In this document: in pieces, positions 9,864 to 19,400 of the stretch
How positions within the stretch are numbered: the stretch's first letter is position 1
Layout of the letters: every line of letters starts with the position of its first letter
Virus record (IMG/VR): IMGVR_UViG_3300009285_005282
Coordinates: 32,001 to 96,000 of that record
DNA from: a virus
DNA length: 64,000 nucleotides
Strand: one strand, 5' to 3'
Notes under the pieces: generated by a model
Databases searched by the model: none
The model's input: the letters and a program-made list of their open reading frames with translations, nothing else
What the model was told of the DNA's origin: nothing
Position numbers and translations under genes: made by a program

Positions 9864-12800
9864 ATGATGACCGGTGACGACTGGCGATTGTTCGTTCAGG
9901 AGCGCCTTCGCGCGCTGGACCCGACCCTCAGCTTGGAGGATGGTTCGGCGGCAGCGCTGCAGGTGGTGGAGCCTCTGGTAGCACGTCTCTCTCCCAGTCT
10001 GTTTGAGACGTCGGTGGAGACGTTCATTCGTACTCGGTTGCAGCAAGAGCACCCTCAGCTCTACGCTGACGAAGGCTCGGCCCTGGCGGATCTGTTCGCC
10101 AAGCCCATGCTCACGCTGCTGGAGCCTATCCGTCGTGAGGGGCGCACCCTGCGACCGCAGCAGTACTTGCAGGACCCTTCACGGTTGAGTGCGGCAGAAG
10201 CAGACGCGCTGCTGGCCAATTTCTTTCTGACCCGCAACGCAGGGACCTACTCCAAGGTGGTGGTTCGTGCCTTCTTCCGCAACGCGCTCTCAGTGACCGT
10301 TGGCGGGAGCAACATCGCCTACACTGCTAACGGCCTGCGCTTCCTGCCGGTCCGTATCCAGAGCGTCACTGCGGAGTCCATGCTGCTCAACCTGCATAGC
10401 AGTGGGCTATACTACTTCGACATCGAGTACCAGGCCGAGCGTCCGGGGGCGCTGTACAACGTTGCGGCCTCCCAGGTCATCGGCATCACCGGTCTCTCAT
10501 CGGCGGTACGCGTCACCAACTTCACTGCCAGCCCGGGTGTGGACGATGAGAGCACCACTGCCCTTGTTTCACGTGGCGAAAGCAGCTTGGGAGAGCGTTC
10601 GGCGAACACGCTGTCCGGGCTGGTGGCGGTGCTGCGGCTCAACTATCCGTCACTTCGTGTGCTGCAGACCATCGGCTTCAACGACGCCGAGATGCACCGG
10701 GATGTGCTCAAAGGTGGTGGGCGTGGCCCCGTGCTGGCGTCGGGTGTGGATGGTGCGACCGTTGACGACGGCGATGGGGACTGGTTCACCCCTTACTTCG
10801 ACTCGGCCACGGGGGTGTTCACAACTGTCCTCGGTCCGGTGGGAACCGATCTATCGGACTACGTGCTGGAGGTGTGGTACAGCGGGGCTCCCCACGAGTT
10901 CGTCTTGGGACAGGTGGAGGGTGCTACCCAGGTGCGCATCTCCACGGATTACGACGGCGCTACGGCGCTGCCGGACACGCTGGCCGGTTCCTTCTGGACC
11001 GTCCGTCGCGGAAACGCGTTGACCCTCTCCGACATCCCGGGAGGTGTCCTGTTTCCAGACGTGGTTGGCGGCGCGGAGGTAACGGTTCCGGCGGACGAGG
11101 TGCACGTTGGGGGGTGCGCAGACATTTACATCCGTGGCGGGGATGTCACGCGGGCGTTGCTGAACCTGAGCCTCGTGTCCGATGAGGACGTGCTGGCTCG
11201 GAGGGAGGATCTGCGGACCCTTGGCGGGAGTGACACGGTGCTGCTGAACGACCTGACCGCTGATGAATGGTCCTCCATTACCGAAGGCAGGAGCTCGGTC
11301 TACATCGAAGAGGGTGCGGACTCCGGGGGTTACCGGGTGGTCGAGAAGCTGGCCGGTCCGGGGTACTCAGTGCGCCTGAGCTCCGCCATGGCCGCCCCGG
11401 GGGTAGCAACGAACCTCTCGTATCTGGTCGTGGACGACATCGACATCAACCTGGTCGCGCCCCGCGAGCTGCGGTGCTCCGCGTCTGACTTGCGGACGGT
11501 GGCGGGGCTGGCGGATGTTCAAACGGTCAGCGGCTCAACCAACTTCCTGGACGTTGGTGTGGTTGACACCGACCATGTGCGTATCCTATCCGGCGACGAC
11601 GCCGGGGAGTACACCATTGCTCCCGGCGGGGTGGCGGCGCTGACCATCACGCTGGATACGCTCATGACCGTTACCGAATCGCCGCTGGCATTTGAGATCT
11701 ACCGGAAGCTGGATGGAATCGAGCTACCGTTGTTGCGGGTCTGCGCGGTAGAGTTGTTGGACGGCAACCTCAACCCCACCGGCGCCTACGTTCCCTACCG
11801 GCACCCGGTGGATGTTCGGTCGAGCAGCTTCCAGAATCCGGGGCGGGAGCCCAAAGCTGGCACTGACGTGGTCTCTACATCCGGCACCTACCTGGCCGCG
11901 GTCGCTGGGTCGGACGTGGTAACGGCGGTGGACGAGATTGGGAACGCGTTGGGGTCATTCGACTGGTACGCCGTCGGACTTCGTATTGGTGATCTGGTCA
12001 ACGTCGAGACCGGCGACGACATGGGCTTTTACACCGTGGTGGACGTTGGCGGCGCACCCGGAAGCAGTTTGGGCAACGCCTACGACTTACAACTAGACCG
12101 TCTGCTACGTTGGACCGTGCCCACGATGGAGTTCGTGGCGGGTCCCCCCTCCTACGGGTCGTTCCGTCTTTACTTCACCGACCCGGTGACCTTTGAGGCG
12201 ACCTACGCAGAAACCGAAGTCTGCGTGGTCGTTGGGAGCGCCACCCGAGTCTTTCGGCCGGACCCTGACATTTGGCACGAGTACGCTCCTTCTACGACCA
12301 CGCAGTTCACCTCACCGCTGACACCTGGAGCGAGCGAGGTCATACCGTACACCCCTGATGGAGGGACCAACCTGGACTTGCGGGTGTACGAGACTCTCGC
12401 GGGAGACCGCGCGGAGATCACCTACGCGCCGCTGGTTGGTTCGGTGGACTTGGCGGCTGGTGGCCCGTACAACTTGGACGGGCAGACATTGCTGATTGAC
12501 GTTGGGGACGGGGATGAGCGTGTTACCTTCTCCGGCACCGCGCTCGACTACGGGGTCATCGTCTCCCAAATCAACTCTCAGCTCAGCGCGGCTGTAGCCG
12601 CAGCATTCAACAATCCGGCCACGGGCGAGTACTACCTGATGCTGCGCGCCGACCGGTCCATCACGCTGCGGGACAACAGCGCTGCCGCTGCGGATGCCAC
12701 GGCGACACTGTTTGGGGCGCAGGACACTTGGAACCCCTGGCTGCCCGCAGCGCCCTTCGCGGGGTCCAGTGTGGACAACGACTCACCGGAGAAGGGTATC

Positions 12801-13667
12801 TATTTAGTTTCCGTGCTTGCGGCGTACCCCACCGGTGACGCGACGTTGACTCAGCTGGACGGCACCCCCTGGATCATCGACCCCCTGGCGGGCTGGTCCG
12901 GGTCGGTGACCAAGGAGCTCGGGCACTATCTACATCTGAGCCGCCAAGGTCTTCAACGTGTCAGCTCTACGGCCATGGAGGAGCAGGGTACGGACGAGCA
13001 CGGGCTGTACTACTTCGACCTGGAGTGCATCTCGCAAGGGCACGGCACGCCGTGGAATATCGCTGACGAGCTGTCGGGGACAGCGAGCGGCTACTACTCC
13101 GAGGGGTGGGACGTCACCACCGACGACGCGGACACCTCGTACTCCACCGTAGAGGTACCACGGCTGCACCTCAGTCCGCGGGTGCTGCTTGCTGGTGTGG
13201 AGGACGACCCTGCGGAAAAGGAGGAGCTGGTAGGCAGGAGCATCCAGATCGCTTACGAGCGTGACCCGTTGGTCGAGCAGATCCAGGACTTTCTCCGTGA
13301 GCCTCGGTATCGGGTTCTGGTGTCGAACCCGCTGGTCCGCTCGTTGCTGCCGACGTTCGTGCGCACCTACATCGAATACCGCGGCGGCGGAACCGTGGAG
13401 ACGGTGCGGACGCTACTGACCGCGCACATCACCGCGGTACTTCCCAGCAACATGCTGGAGGTGGACGCGCTGGCGGCGCTGATCCGTTCCACCGGTCCCA
13501 CCAAGGTCACCTACCCGGTCACTTTGGTGGGGTTGGCACATCAACGGGACCGCACCATCGTGACCCAGCGGTCGGTAGACCAACTCTCCACCGACCGGCT
13601 TTCGGCGTTGATCCCCGACACCGCCTGGGACGGGACCAGCCTTATCGCCCTTTTGCGGACGGTGTGA
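9864..13667 (+). CDS. Baseplate J-like wedge protein with large insertions (1267 aa)
   Basis: ADEGSALADL, FFLTRNAGTYS, YQAERPGALYNV, TNFTASPGVDDESTTALVSR match the baseplate-J architecture. Confidence 0.7.
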   Translation: MMTGDDWRLFVQERLRALDPTLSLEDGSAAALQVVEPLVARLSPSLFETSVETFIRTRLQQEHPQLYADEGSALADLFAKPMLTLLEPIRREGRTLRPQQYLQDPSRLSAAEADALLANFFLTRNAGTYSKVVVRAFFRNALSVTVGGSNIAYTANGLRFLPVRIQSVTAESMLLNLHSSGLYYFDIEYQAERPGALYNVAASQVIGITGLSSAVRVTNFTASPGVDDESTTALVSRGESSLGERSANTLSGLVAVLRLNYPSLRVLQTIGFNDAEMHRDVLKGGGRGPVLASGVDGATVDDGDGDWFTPYFDSATGVFTTVLGPVGTDLSDYVLEVWYSGAPHEFVLGQVEGATQVRISTDYDGATALPDTLAGSFWTVRRGNALTLSDIPGGVLFPDVVGGAEVTVPADEVHVGGCADIYIRGGDVTRALLNLSLVSDEDVLARREDLRTLGGSDTVLLNDLTADEWSSITEGRSSVYIEEGADSGGYRVVEKLAGPGYSVRLSSAMAAPGVATNLSYLVVDDIDINLVAPRELRCSASDLRTVAGLADVQTVSGSTNFLDVGVVDTDHVRILSGDDAGEYTIAPGGVAALTITLDTLMTVTESPLAFEIYRKLDGIELPLLRVCAVELLDGNLNPTGAYVPYRHPVDVRSSSFQNPGREPKAGTDVVSTSGTYLAAVAGSDVVTAVDEIGNALGSFDWYAVGLRIGDLVNVETGDDMGFYTVVDVGGAPGSSLGNAYDLQLDRLLRWTVPTMEFVAGPPSYGSFRLYFTDPVTFEATYAETEVCVVVGSATRVFRPDPDIWHEYAPSTTTQFTSPLTPGASEVIPYTPDGGTNLDLRVYETLAGDRAEITYAPLVGSVDLAAGGPYNLDGQTLLIDVGDGDERVTFSGTALDYGVIVSQINSQLSAAVAAAFNNPATGEYYLMLRADRSITLRDNSAAAADATATLFGAQDTWNPWLPAAPFAGSSVDNDSPEKGIYLVSVLAAYPTGDATLTQLDGTPWIIDPLAGWSGSVTKELGHYLHLSRQGLQRVSSTAMEEQGTDEHGLYYFDLECISQGHGTPWNIADELSGTASGYYSEGWDVTTDDADTSYSTVEVPRLHLSPRVLLAGVEDDPAEKEELVGRSIQIAYERDPLVEQIQDFLREPRYRVLVSNPLVRSLLPTFVRTYIEYRGGGTVETVRTLLTAHITAVLPSNMLEVDALAALIRSTGPTKVTYPVTLVGLAHQRDRTIVTQRSVDQLSTDRLSALIPDTAWDGTSLIALLRTV

Positions 13668-13941
13668 CATGGACTGGACGGTTCCCAACTTCGACAACCA
13701 GGCCCGCCCGGGAATCGAACAGGCAGCGGCACTCTGGGCAGCGGCTGAGATAGACCGGCAGCAGCCTACCGGCGTGCAGAGTGCGCTGTACGTCGAGCTC
13801 CTTGAGAGTCCGTCCACCACACTGTGGACAGGTAACCCCGGCGAGGAACTCTTGCTCCTGCTGCACCAACGGGGTAAGGATATCCCGCTGGTCCCGCAGC
13901 AACTCGGCGCGTTCTTTGGCATCCATCTGAACGAATCGCAT
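13642..13941 (-). CDS. Small zinc-ribbon protein, antisense within structural block
   Basis: CPQCGG...CPEC; GGAG RBS before MRFVQ. Confidence 0.65.
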   Translation of the reverse strand: MRFVQMDAKERAELLRDQRDILTPLVQQEQEFLAGVTCPQCGGRTLKELDVQRTLHAGRLLPVYLSRCPECRCLFDSRAGLVVEVGNRPVHVTPSAKGR

Positions 13942-13949
13942 GTCCGTCT

Positions 13950-13972
13950 CCCGCAATGTAGTATACTGCGGG
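13950..13972. promoter_or_regulatory. Palindromic -10-like element (AGTATACT) inside an inverted repeat between divergent genes
   Basis: CCCGCA-ATGTAGTATAC-TGCGGG; TATACT readable on both strands. Confidence 0.35.
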
Positions 13973-13986
13973 CGTAGGAGGTCGTC

Positions 13987-15171
13987 TTGCCCTACCCAGC
14001 TACCGATTGGCCAGCGTCATTGGACGCCCCGGTGGTGCGCGCGGACGGCGTGCACACCGTGGCCGGAGACAACTTCAACTACCAAGACGTCCAGCTGCGC
14101 CGGTTACAGCAATGGCTCGGTGCTACCGCTGACTTGATCGGAAGCGGTGTTACCGGCGCTGGCCCTGGGGGGTTGGTGAGCCCGGTCGTTGACGGGCCGG
14201 GCGTCAACGCCATCACGCTGGCAGCCCGGAACGGCTTCGGCGTTGGCAACGTGCTCTCGGTGGGGGACGATGACGATGTAGCGTACGTCGAAAAGTTGCG
14301 GTTGGATTACGCCGGGCGGCTTTGGCTGGCGGGCGGTCTACAGCTCCAAGCCACCCAGGCGGTGACCGAGATCCTCGACGAAGACACGATGGTCTCGGAC
14401 AGTGACGCCGCGCTAGCCACCCAGCAGTCTATCAAGGCGTACTCGGACACGCTGTTCGCGCTCGCGGTGTTGCTTGCTGGAAGAGCAGGTGGGCAGCTTG
14501 TGCACGGGGGTGTGGCGGCGGGTGAGAACCTGACATTGGAGAGCACCGCGCACGCCACCAAGGGGGACGTCGCTCTCTCGGCGGGTGAGCGTTTGGTGCT
14601 TGGGGACTCTGCCGCCCGACCCCCGGTCAACCTAACAGCACGAGCAGCGGAGCCTACCACCCCCGCTGCTTCGGACATCTACCTTGACGATGGCACGAAC
14701 ACCGCTAGTGGTTTACCGGGGCTGCGTCGGTGGTCTGGGGCGGCATGGGCCGACCTGGACACGGGCGTCGAGCGGCACGTTACCGGCGCCATCAACGAAA
14801 CCGTTGCCTTTGGCGCTCCGGAGGCCCCGCTGGGGGACTTCGTGTACAACGTTTCCAAGCGGGGGGCGCTGCCGGTGGTGTTTCAGGCTGTAGTCACTTC
14901 GACTGCGGTGGGGGCCAACACCTGCTTGATACGGCTGTACGATGTCGGTCCTGCTGCTGGTCCCCCTGCCGTTCCAGTGTTGATGGCCACGTTGACCTCG
15001 AACGCTGCTGGGGGTGAGGGTCCGGTGCTGAAACAGAGTGCTGACCTATCTGGCACGCTGACGGCTGGTTCCCGGCTGTACCGCGTTACCGCGGAGGTTA
15101 CAGTTGGAGGAGCAGGCCCACCGCCTGACGAAATTTACGTAGGTAAGGCCGAAATTTACATTGGGAGTTAG
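13987..15171 (+). CDS. Tail fibre-like protein
   Basis: AGGAGG RBS plus TTG start; EILDEDTMVSDSDAALATQQSIKAY and GRAGGQ...LTLESTAHATKG fibre-type motifs. Confidence 0.65.
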   Translation: MPYPATDWPASLDAPVVRADGVHTVAGDNFNYQDVQLRRLQQWLGATADLIGSGVTGAGPGGLVSPVVDGPGVNAITLAARNGFGVGNVLSVGDDDDVAYVEKLRLDYAGRLWLAGGLQLQATQAVTEILDEDTMVSDSDAALATQQSIKAYSDTLFALAVLLAGRAGGQLVHGGVAAGENLTLESTAHATKGDVALSAGERLVLGDSAARPPVNLTARAAEPTTPAASDIYLDDGTNTASGLPGLRRWSGAAWADLDTGVERHVTGAINETVAFGAPEAPLGDFVYNVSKRGALPVVFQAVVTSTAVGANTCLIRLYDVGPAAGPPAVPVLMATLTSNAAGGEGPVLKQSADLSGTLTAGSRLYRVTAEVTVGGAGPPPDEIYVGKAEIYIGS

Positions 15172-15180
15172 GAGCGCACA

Positions 15181-16167
15181 ATGGCCTGGCACGATAACGT
15201 CAATCTTGGCGCGTATTCGAGCGGTAACGACCCGGTGTTTCAGCTCAAGGACTTTTTGAAAAACGTCCTGGGCTGGACGATACCCTGGTCGAACAACCAG
15301 ACGCTGACCAACTCCTGGACGAACGTTGACAACATTGCCTCCTCAGCGGATCTGAACGGGCAGTATCGAGGCTTTGTTGCCCGCTCGCCAGACGGGTTGC
15401 GCGCATACCTTGTCGTCCGTGGGTCGCAAAGTTACTCCTGGAAGTGCTTGTTCAACCGGGATGAAACTGGAAACCCGCTGACGTCCGTGGGTGGCAACGA
15501 GCCTACCTCCGCCACCGCGAAAGGTGCAACGAACGGAACCGGGACCGCAGCAGCGAATGTGTTCCCCACCAGTGGTTCCTGGTATACGCACATCACGGGG
15601 TCTGACGCCGAGGACCCTGCCGGGGTCGGGGTTTATCCATTTTGGGCGGTGTCTCGCGTGGTCGGGACCGGCGTGGCGGCACACGCTTTTATCTACGACT
15701 CGCTGATGGACGGCACTCGGTCGGCTGCGGATCAGTCCCCGGAGTTTATGCTGTTCACGGGGTTGGAGCTGTTCGCGACATACGGCGCGTATCTCGCTTA
15801 TGGTGCGTACGCCACCGCTCCTCTCGTTGGATGGATGCTGTATAACCAGACCGGAGCCGAGTGGGGGACGCTTTACTCTAGGGGTCTCGTAGACATTTAT
15901 TATACAACGGAAGGAGCACCAATTTCAGAACCGGATAATCCCATGGACGTGGCTGCTGGGATACCGATCTGCGATCTGAATCTGTTCAAGGTTGTTCGGA
16001 GGTCCGGTGTGGCTGTTGGTCCCAAAGGATACGCCTCCAACATACGGTGGAACCCAACTAGAGCACGAGGGTTCCCCTACGTTTACACAGTTGGAGCTGA
16101 CAGTTGGCTACTGGTCGATGATCTTGTGCTGAAGCACTGGCCCACCGGGGTGGTGCCGGCTCTGTAG
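15181..16167 (+). CDS. Putative tail-associated/receptor-binding protein
   Basis: AGGAG RBS; Asn/Thr/Trp-rich beta protein among tail genes. Confidence 0.6.
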   Translation: MAWHDNVNLGAYSSGNDPVFQLKDFLKNVLGWTIPWSNNQTLTNSWTNVDNIASSADLNGQYRGFVARSPDGLRAYLVVRGSQSYSWKCLFNRDETGNPLTSVGGNEPTSATAKGATNGTGTAAANVFPTSGSWYTHITGSDAEDPAGVGVYPFWAVSRVVGTGVAAHAFIYDSLMDGTRSAADQSPEFMLFTGLELFATYGAYLAYGAYATAPLVGWMLYNQTGAEWGTLYSRGLVDIYYTTEGAPISEPDNPMDVAAGIPICDLNLFKVVRRSGVAVGPKGYASNIRWNPTRARGFPYVYTVGADSWLLVDDLVLKHWPTGVVPAL

Positions 16168-16176
16168 GAGTGTTCG

Positions 16177-16443
16177 ATGCCGACCTACGCAGCTCGAACG
16201 AACCCAACGACGCTGAACGACCGAGCAGTGCCCGTTGGTACCGCACCGGCGCGCGGTGGACCCTCCTCTGGTGGAGGCGCGCCCACCGTGTACTATCGGA
16301 ACCAGGCTTGGGACGACGTGAAGGTAGGGTACGTTCCTTGGGTCACCGTCGGTGGCTACGACCTCACCGGTGCAAGCTACCCGGGTCCTGGCGCTTGGGG
16401 GGTCAACACCAGTTTTTACATGGGTAGGGGGTTTTACAGCTAA
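16177..16443 (+). CDS. Small putative tail protein (88 aa)
   Basis: AGGAG RBS; TAATG coupling to next gene. Confidence 0.6.
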   Translation: MPTYAARTNPTTLNDRAVPVGTAPARGGPSSGGGAPTVYYRNQAWDDVKVGYVPWVTVGGYDLTGASYPGPGAWGVNTSFYMGRGFYS

Positions 16444-19400
16444 TGGCTGTGTACGGGACATTCATGTACGGGGGGGCGCTGTACGGCACCACCCCGCTGC
16501 CCTACTCTGGCGTCTGGGACATCTTTGACTTCTGCGAGCCTACCGACGCCGCCATGCTGCTCCTGCTCGGCTACTCCGGCGTTCGCCCGGCCAGGTTTGG
16601 CGGGGTCTACTCGTGGTTCAACGGTGCGAACGACTACGTCATGGCCAGCGCCGACGGGGCCGACTCCGGCCTGCGCGTGGACGTGCCCGTTCCATCCGGA
16701 ACCTTCAGTTTGCAGTTCACCATCCTGCCCACCGACCTGCCGGACGACTTCGCGGACGTGGAGCACGCCCGGGTGCAGGTCGGGGTGTTCAACGCGCAAG
16801 GATCGTGTTGTGTACTGTTTCTGTCCGAGCACGGCGGGATCGCCATCTCGGACGGTACGGGCTCCCCAACCGTACTTACGGATTCAGCAGACATTTTCTC
16901 GGCGGGCACCGACTACTACACCTTTCGCCTGACCGTCAACGAGCTGACCGACGTTGTGCACCTTTACGTCACCCGCAAGGACGTGTTGGCCGCAACCGGT
17001 GTTTCGGAGCTGCGCTACACCTTCGCGCCGTTTCCTACACCGGCAGCCGAGGTGGACAACGTCCGCATCGAAATATTGGGGTCGGTCGCCGACCCGGTTG
17101 AGATCGGGCTGGACTGTCTCAAGCTCTCTTCGTCGGAGGTCATCACCGACCGGTGCCCGGTTGCGGTTATCGCCGCTGACCGGGCACACCCCCTCACGCG
17201 CTACGCCTGGTTTGACGGGCGGGCAAGCTACGACCCCGACGTTCCTCCAGCGGAGCTGGTCTATTGCTGGACGGTGACGGACGCGCCGATGGCGTCGGCG
17301 CTCTGGACCACTGTGGAGGGGTCGTCTCCGGCTGATGCGAGCGGCTACACGAACATTCTGACCGGAGCGGTGGACGCGTTCTCCGAAGTGTCCGAGGGGG
17401 ACCTGCTTTTTGGAGAGCTTGGCGGTTCCACCGTGATGCGCGTCGCCACCGACGGAAGCTGGCTGGCGCTGGAGAACGACGTGCTCGCCGCGAGTACTAC
17501 CGCCTCCTGGAAGATGCTTCGTCAAGCCCTTTGGGGTGGTGAGCGCTTGACCGGTACGGTCATGACCGACGTGCTGGCGCGTTTGGACGTGCCGCCCGGC
17601 GGACCCGTCTTGGGGGACACCTACCTGGTCGTCGCCACCGCGGTTGGGGTCTGGGTGGGTCATGAAGGTGAGCTCGCCACCTGGGACGGACTGGCGTGGA
17701 CCTTTGCCGCCCCCGCTGCCCGTCAGATGGTGTTCGTGCTGGCTGAGTTGGAGGCGTACCGCACCACCGGTCCGGCGCCTGCCTATTGGTATCCCGACGA
17801 CCCGGAGCCGTGGGAGCTCGACTGTTGGGAGGGACGTACCACAGCGGTGGGCGTAGCATTGGGGGATACGGTCGGGCTTTACACCGTCCAGCTGGTGGTC
17901 AACGACGGGTTCTACAACAGCACACCGGCCTACGCGCTGCTCAACCTGTATGAGAACACCGTTCCCCTCGGGCTCGTACCCGATCTGAGCTTCATTTGGA
18001 ACTACCTGTCGGACTTTTGGGGTCTGGTAGAGGGCAAGGAGTTCGCCGAGACCTTCTGGTCGGCGGCAGCGCAACTGCTGACCGACGAGCTCATGCGCCT
18101 GTGGCAGGATGACTACGCCAAGAGCTTGGTGGACATCCAGCGTAGCTTTCAACGGAGGTGGCTGGACTACCCATTGCGGTACGAAGAGCCCAGCTACGTC
18201 GACCTGCCCGCTACTATTACGACTGGGTACGCCGCGTCGGGGTACGCCGCGACTCCGGTGCCGGTATCGGTGCCCGGCGATCTGCCCGTAGACGCCCCAC
18301 GGGTTTACGTCATGGACCCCGGCACGCTGCCTGCTGGGTCCGTATCTGGGCTTTTGTTGGTGCTGGACGGAATTGGCTACCGTATCAGCCAGGCGGCTAC
18401 CGACCAGGTCATAGTCCAGGACGCCCTTCCCACTACCCCCTCCAGCGCGTGGCTCATTGACGCGGCGGTGACCTCGCGTTCGTCAGACTTCGGGTTGCTG
18501 GGAGTGACCGCGGGGGACACAGCGGTGTTCGAGGTGCAGCTCGCCACCGGGGAGACCGTGGAGGTTGGCTGCCACGTTTGGGGCGTTCACGGGACGCAGT
18601 TGTCGTTCGACGCTACGGGGTTAGCCGCCTACTTGGCGGACGACAGCTACCAGGTCCTGTTCAAAGGGGTGCTGCGCCGTTCGGTCATCCCGCTCGACGA
18701 CCTGGTGCTGGACCTGCCGCGGCTGCAAGAGGTCATCAACTACCGAGCGGTGTCGGGTGCTCCCGCACCCCTGGAGTCCGGTCACGACTTTCGGCTCGAA
18801 CCCTTCACGACGTTTGATGGGGTGGAGGTCAACAGCGTCCAGCTCCTCAACAGCTACTTCATTGAGCAGGCGCGGGGCTGGACGGGGTACACGGACGCGT
18901 TCAACCACGAGTTCCTCTATGACACCGCGGTCGACTTCGAGGTGCTGTTTGGTGTGGGCGCGGACCTTACCGGCTACGTGCTGGAGCTGGATGGGGTTCG
19001 TTATCGTCTGCGGCAAGTTGTAGGCGCAAACCAGATCGAGCTCTACTCTTCCGCGCTGGCGTTGTCCCAAACCGGGCTGGCGTGGCACATGAGGTCGGTA
19101 GAGGTGGTCCCCGACCAGCTGTGGGCGGAGGTCACCTACCTGGACAACGGCGACAAGATCGAAGCGTTTGGGCGTCTGGCCGGGTTCACGCTGGATGACT
19201 GGCGGAGCCGGACGGACGAGCTGGACTATCGTTCCGCAGTCCAGGGGCTCTGGTACTACTTGTGGCATGGACGGACGCTGGAGAACACCCGCAGCGCCAG
19301 CCAGGTCATCCTGGGCCTGCCATTTGCCGAGGTGGCGGGGGTGGTTGCTGACGTCAAGAGCCCGTTCGACTCCACGCGTTCTCGGGTGTTGGTGCAAGAC

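Noticed and set aside
13669-13977. 102-aa + strand ORF
   Set aside because: Lies opposite a minus-strand ORF with a clear Zn ribbon and RBS; no recognisable features of its own
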